From assembly GCA_965649055.1 (NCBI GenBank), contig CBFGJG010000025.1, positions 1 through 28,635 of the forward strand: a stretch of DNA of 28,635 nucleotides, in the 5' to 3' direction. The notes under the pieces were generated by a model. That model saw nothing but the letters and a program-made list of their open reading frames with translations, did no database searches and was not told where the DNA came from. The position numbers were made by a program, and so were the translations under genes. Position 1 is the stretch's first letter. Each line of letters begins with the position of its first letter. The DNA comes from a candidate division WOR-3 bacterium. GTDB lineage: Bacteria > Hydrothermota > UBA3072 > B12-G15. Positions 23,947-28,635 of this stretch are shown piece after piece.

Positions 23947-26900
23947 TCAATAATCCTCAGTGATAATATGCACCATATCAAATACCTGTGATTTTGAAAG
24001 ATTCTTTAATGTTATTGCACCAGACGGGCATCCCGCACTGCATGCACCACATCCTTCGCATATTGCCTCATTAACAACAGATACCTTCTTTTTCTTATCT
24101 ATTGTTATAGCAGAATACGGGCATATAGCCTCACAGAATCCGCATCCAGCACATATTTCAGTGTCAACATTTGCAATCACAGGTTCTCTCAGGAACTCGT
24201 CTTTTGAGAATAAAGATAAAACCTTACTTGCAGCACCTGAAGCATGTGATACTGTATCAGTAATATCCTTTGGGAATTGTGATACACCTGCAATGAATAT
24301 CCCTGATGTTGCAGTTTCAAGTGGTCTTAATTTAAGATGGACTTCCTGCATCCATCCATAGGCATCAGTTGGTATCCTCAATTTCTTTGCAAGTTCTTTA
24401 GCACCTAAAGAAGGAATCATTGCAGTTCCAAGGACAACCATATCAACCTCAAGTTCTATCCTCTCACCTAACAATGTATCAACACCAAGAATAACAATCT
24501 TATCATTCTTTCTATAAATTTTGCTAACCTTACCCCTCACATACAAAACCTCTTCTTCCTCTTTTGCCCTCTGTATAAATTCCTCATATCCTTTTCCATT
24601 TGACCTTATATCTATATAGAAAACATAAGCCTTTCCATCATGAACCTGATGTTTATAAAGCATTGCCTGTTTACCAAGATACATACAGCAAATCCTGGAA
24701 CAGTAAGCAAGGTTATGTGCAGGGTCCCTTGAACCTGCACAGCTTATGAACGCTATCGATTCAGGGATCTTTCCATCCGATGGTCTTTTTGGAACACCGG
24801 CAGTTGGTCCGGATGCACAGAGCAATCTCTCAAACTGTAATCCATCAATAACATCAGGGATTTTTCCTCCACCGTATTCAGGTATCTCTTTCAGATTAAG
24901 CAGTTCAAAACCTGTTGCAACAACAATTGCACCTACCTTTTCTTCAATTATCTGGTCTTTAAGATTATGGTCAATTGCCTTTGGCTCGCATTTCTCAACA
25001 CAGAGTTTACACTCAGAGCATCCACCACAATTTATACACCTTTTTGCCTGTTCAACAATATCCTTATCAGAATAACCTATTTCAACCTCATTGAAATTAT
25101 TTATCCTTGAAGAAACAGGGATTGAAGGCATCTTCATCCTCGGTATTTTTTCAGCAAGTTCCCTATATCCTATAAGTTCTGATTTAAATGGGGGCTCAAA
25201 TTCCCTGTTTTCGTATAAATCCTCATTATTTAAGAATTTCTTTATAGATTCAGCTGCCCTTCTTCCATCACCAACAGCATCTATGAATGTTGCCGGTCCT
25301 CTTGATACATCTCCACCAGCAAATACCTTTGGTATTGAAGTCTGCAAGGTTATTTCATCTGTTAATATACTTTCCCATTTTGTCTTCTTTATATCGATAT
25401 CACCAAGGAATGAGAGCTCAGGCCTCTCACCTATTGCAAGTATAACATTATCACAATCTATTGTATAATTTGAACCCTCAACCGGTATTGGTCTTCTTCT
25501 TCCTGATGAATCAGGTTCACCGAGCTTCATCTTTATTAACTCTACCTTTTTAAGTTTTCCATTTTCACCTATGAATTTCACCGGATTTGTCAAAAATAAT
25601 ATCTCAATACCCTCTTCGACTGCAGCCTCAACCTCATCCTTTATTGCAGGCATCTCCTCTATTGACCTTCTATAAATAATCTTTACCTTCTTTCCTAACC
25701 TCAATGCAGTCCTTGCAGCATCTATTGCAGAGTTTCCACCACCAACAACAAAAACATTCTCACCCAATTCGACCTTTTCACCCAAATTCACCTTCTTTAG
25801 AAAATCAAGTGCACCTATTACACCTTGAAGATTTTCTCCCTCAATTCCCATTTCCATCTCTCTGTGTGCACCTGCTCCAATAAAGACCGCATCTGAATTT
25901 TCAAGTATTTCCTTAAATGTTATATCTTTTCCAACCTCTGTATTCATCCTGAATTTTACACCTGTTGATTTTATAAAATCTATTTCCCTTCTTAAAACAT
26001 CCTTAGGGAGTCTGTAAGATGGAATACCTGTAAGAAGCAATCCCCCAGGTTCGGGAAGTTTATCAATAACCTCAACCTGGAACCCTTCAAGCCTCAGGTC
26101 GTATGCACATATAAGCCCTGCAGGACCTGCACCAATTATTGTTATCTTTTCTTTCCTTTCTTCTTTTATCTCAAAATTTGTATCTATCTTACCCTTTGTA
26201 TTCCATTCCCAATCAGCAAGGAATCTCTTAATATATTTTATTATGACTGATTCATCAACATTCTTCCTATCACATTCCCCTTCGCATGGATGTGTGCATA
26301 TCCTTCCTGCAACACCTGCAAACGGGAATCTGCTTTCCTCCCTGATTATCTTGATTCCCTGGTCAAATCTTCCAGCCCTTGTTGCAGCAACATAACCCTG
26401 AACATTCAGATGTGCAGGGCATCTTGCCTTACAGGGTGGTGTTCCTTTTTTCTCAATAGTGAACACATTAGGAACAGCCTGTGCAAATGGTCTATAAATT
26501 GCCTTTTTCAATGATAGGTAACCATTATAATTATCAGGGATTAAAACAGGGCAAACCTCAGAACAATCCGCACATCCTTTACATTTACTATAATCAACAT
26601 AGGCAGATTTTCTTCTTATCTTAACATTGAAATTTCCAATGTATCCTGAAACACTATCTATTTCTGAATATGTGTATAACTTTATATTTGGATGCTGACC
26701 AACATCCGTCATCTTAGGTGTCTCAATACATTGCGGGCAATCAAGTGTCGGGAATGTCTCTGAAAGAAGTATCATCTTCCCGCCAATAGTTGGCTCCTTC
26801 TCTACAAGCACAACCTCATATCCACCATCCGCAATATCAAGCGAAGCCTGAATCCCTGCTATTCCACCACCTATAACAAGTGCCCTTTTTGTTATAGGAA

Positions 26901-27309
26901 CCTTGTTAAGGTGTAATTCAAGATTTTTCCTCACCTTCTGGACAACTGATTCTATAACTTTTACAGCCTTCCTTGTTGCCTCTTCAGGATTATCCATATG
27001 TGGCCACGAAACCTGTTCCCTTATATTTGCAATCTCAACCCTGTATGGATTTAACCCTGCTTTTATAGCAGCATTACGGAATGTCCTTTCGTGTAATGTC
27101 GGAGAACAGTTTGCAACAACAGCACCATCAAGATTATATTCCCTTATCTTGTCAATGAACAACTGCTGCCCGGGTTCAGAACACATATACATATATGTTG
27201 TTGAGAAGACAACATCCTTTATATTCTTTGCCTCTTCTGCAACCTTTTTTACATCAATAGTTCCTGCTATATTCAGACCACAATGACATATGAAGACACC
27301 AATCCTCAT
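23947..27309 (-). CDS. hdrA: Large heterodisulfide reductase subunit A (HdrL-type) with an inserted GltD/NfnB-like pyridine nucleotide oxidoreductase module
   Basis: HdrA motifs GVFICHCG, NIREQ, GGGIAG, TFPTLDC, CAGSRD, YCSRICC and PKDI, plus a C-terminal ferredoxin; insert motifs PPC...CP, GRICTHPCE, GAGPAG, GIPSYRLP, GGGNSA and FAGGD. Confidence 0.93.
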   Translation of the reverse strand: MRIGVFICHCGLNIAGTIDVKKVAEEAKNIKDVVFSTTYMYMCSEPGQQLFIDKIREYNLDGAVVANCSPTLHERTFRNAAIKAGLNPYRVEIANIREQVSWPHMDNPEEATRKAVKVIESVVQKVRKNLELHLNKVPITKRALVIGGGIAGIQASLDIADGGYEVVLVEKEPTIGGKMILLSETFPTLDCPQCIETPKMTDVGQHPNIKLYTYSEIDSVSGYIGNFNVKIRRKSAYVDYSKCKGCADCSEVCPVLIPDNYNGYLSLKKAIYRPFAQAVPNVFTIEKKGTPPCKARCPAHLNVQGYVAATRAGRFDQGIKIIREESRFPFAGVAGRICTHPCEGECDRKNVDESVIIKYIKRFLADWEWNTKGKIDTNFEIKEERKEKITIIGAGPAGLICAYDLRLEGFQVEVIDKLPEPGGLLLTGIPSYRLPKDVLRREIDFIKSTGVKFRMNTEVGKDITFKEILENSDAVFIGAGAHREMEMGIEGENLQGVIGALDFLKKVNLGEKVELGENVFVVGGGNSAIDAARTALRLGKKVKIIYRRSIEEMPAIKDEVEAAVEEGIEILFLTNPVKFIGENGKLKKVELIKMKLGEPDSSGRRRPIPVEGSNYTIDCDNVILAIGERPELSFLGDIDIKKTKWESILTDEITLQTSIPKVFAGGDVSRGPATFIDAVGDGRRAAESIKKFLNNEDLYENREFEPPFKSELIGYRELAEKIPRMKMPSIPVSSRINNFNEVEIGYSDKDIVEQAKRCINCGGCSECKLCVEKCEPKAIDHNLKDQIIEEKVGAIVVATGFELLNLKEIPEYGGGKIPDVIDGLQFERLLCASGPTAGVPKRPSDGKIPESIAFISCAGSRDPAHNLAYCSRICCMYLGKQAMLYKHQVHDGKAYVFYIDIRSNGKGYEEFIQRAKEEEEVLYVRGKVSKIYRKNDKIVILGVDTLLGERIELEVDMVVLGTAMIPSLGAKELAKKLRIPTDAYGWMQEVHLKLRPLETATSGIFIAGVSQFPKDITDTVSHASGAASKVLSLFSKDEFLREPVIANVDTEICAGCGFCEAICPYSAITIDKKKKVSVVNEAICEGCGACSAGCPSGAITLKNLSKSQVFDMVHIITEDY

Positions 27310-28175
27310 AAGAACTCCTTAAAATAAGGTTTCGGGTCTATCTTATTATATTTAAAACCTATAAATTCCTCAGGAAGACCGAATGACAATGCAAGAATCT
27401 GCGTGAAGTATAAAACAGGCATCTTTCTAAAACCAAGGTATTTCTTGGAACAATCTTCCTGTCTTGACTCAAGATTAAAATCACACAAAGGACAACTTAA
27501 AACGATTGAAGATGCACCTAATTCCCTTGCAAGATTCACAATAGAATAAGTCTTGTCAAGGACAACATCCTTGTCTTTTATTGTATGGTATGAACCGCAG
27601 CATTCCGTCTTAAAAGGAAATTCAATAACCTCAGCACCTGTCAGAGAAAGTATATCTTCCATTATCGCAGGCAATTCCATATCATCAACGGCAATCTCCT
27701 TTGGTCTTAAAAGCAGGCAACCATAGTATGGTGCAATTTTCAAACCTTTCAAAGGCTTCTTTATTTTTTCTTTTATCTTTTTTAATCCAGCATCTTTTAA
27801 AACCTGTAATATATGCATGACATCAACAGTGCAATCGTATTTTGTATTTTCCTCGTACATAAAATCATTCAATTTATCCAGTTTTTCCTTATCTTTCCTG
27901 ACAAGCAAATCTGCCCTTTTTATTGTGTTATAGCACATGGAACAAAGTGTCAGAAGCCTATCATATCCTTCTTCTTTTGCCCTTATTAAATTCCTTAAAG
28001 GTGCAAGCTGATGCATCAGGTCATCTGATGCAAGAGAATAAACGGTTCCGCAGCAATTCCATCTTGAAAGTTCCTTTACATCAATTCCGAGTTCCTTCAA
28101 TATTCCGAGTGAAGAGACTTCAAAATTCTGTGCATCTGATTTCAAGGTGCATCCCGGATAGTATGCTAATCTCAT
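27306..28175 (-). CDS. hdrB: Heterodisulfide reductase subunit B (two CCG domains)
   Basis: YYPGC...WNCCG...CSMC and YYGC...ECCG...CPLC motifs. Confidence 0.96.
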   Translation of the reverse strand: MRLAYYPGCTLKSDAQNFEVSSLGILKELGIDVKELSRWNCCGTVYSLASDDLMHQLAPLRNLIRAKEEGYDRLLTLCSMCYNTIKRADLLVRKDKEKLDKLNDFMYEENTKYDCTVDVMHILQVLKDAGLKKIKEKIKKPLKGLKIAPYYGCLLLRPKEIAVDDMELPAIMEDILSLTGAEVIEFPFKTECCGSYHTIKDKDVVLDKTYSIVNLARELGASSIVLSCPLCDFNLESRQEDCSKKYLGFRKMPVLYFTQILALSFGLPEEFIGFKYNKIDPKPYFKEFL

Positions 28176-28579
28176 GATGATAGTTTCCTCATTGCAGAGA
28201 CAAATGCGATTGGTGGAACGCCTTCTCTCTCTTTTTCCGATATTTCATTTATAAGTATATAATCCTTCTTATTCCTTGTTTCAACAACCCTTATTGCCTC
28301 CATTATAGCAGCAATATCAATCTCCTTCGGGCATCTTGAAGAACAGGTGAAACAGGAAGCACAAATCCAATGTGTATTCTTACCAAGTATATATTCAACC
28401 TTTCCTTCCTGTAAGAGCATCAAGACCTGATTTGGAAGGATATCCATAAAGGGAGACGAAGGGCAACCTGCAGAGCATTTACCGCACTGATAGCATTTAA
28501 ACACATTCGTATTACTCAGTTCTTCTATCTTCCTTACTATTTCATTCCTTATATCTTTATCTTTTAATTTTATTTCCAT
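28172..28579 (-). CDS. hdrC: Heterodisulfide reductase subunit C
   Basis: CYQCGKCSAGCP and WICASCFTCSSRCP; start revised to ATG 28579 because the TTG at 28597 lies inside the promoter. Confidence 0.95.
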   Translation of the reverse strand: MEIKLKDKDIRNEIVRKIEELSNTNVFKCYQCGKCSAGCPSSPFMDILPNQVLMLLQEGKVEYILGKNTHWICASCFTCSSRCPKEIDIAAIMEAIRVVETRNKKDYILINEISEKEREGVPPIAFVSAMRKLSS

Positions 28580-28586
28580 TTTCAAG

Positions 28587-28614
28587 ATTTTATGCAAGAC
28601 AATATTTTTGTCAA
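28587..28614 (-). promoter_or_regulatory. Sigma70 promoter of the hdr operon, probably leaderless
   Basis: Minus strand TTGACA (28614-28609), 16 nt, TAAAAT (28592-28587), 7 nt, ATG 28579. Confidence 0.7.
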
Positions 28615-28635
28615 TAAAAAATGAAAAAAATTTTT

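Noticed and set aside
21116..27309. Selenocysteine recoding in MvhD or HdrA
   Set aside because: Both frames are uninterrupted, with Cys at the relevant motifs and no in-frame TGA

Overview
AT-rich (about 30% GC by eye) bacterial chromosomal window from a probable anaerobe. K/E-rich proteins, gmhA, a group II GGGP synthase and the ispE-spoVG-tRNA-Gln-prs-rplY-pth-rpsF-ssb-rpsR-rplI order suggest an FCB-group candidate phylum; this is inference only. There are three blocks. (1) 1-4600, minus strand: the leader end of a CRISPR array (36-bp repeat, one 40-bp spacer visible), a structured leader with a perfect sigma70 promoter, tandem DnaA boxes and a 37-bp palindrome, then a CARF (APE2256/Crn1-like) gene, cas2, cas1, two zinc-ribbon membrane-protein genes abutting cas1, and two distantly paralogous ORFans. 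(2) 4897-19888, plus strand: a long housekeeping run from alaS to gmk, then a GAF-GAF-HD-GYP gene. Inside it is an archaeal-type isoprenoid ether-lipid module (ferredoxin, geranylgeranyl reductase, GGGP synthase), followed by a sugar nucleotidyltransferase, gmhA and ispE. (3) 20027-28635, minus strand: hdrC-hdrB-large hdrA (with a GltD/NfnB-like insert), an SdhB-like Fe-S gene, a soluble SdhA/TfrA-like flavoprotein, mvhD and an fdhB-like gene, forming a candidate electron-bifurcating complex with no hydrogenase. A second DnaA-box/IHF cluster lies in the convergent gap at 19889-20003. The best candidates for new biology are the bacterial Fd-GGR-GGGPS lipid module, the DnaA boxes in the CRISPR leader, and the Hdr-fumarate reductase hybrid. 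All calls are by-eye motif recognition; no searches were run.
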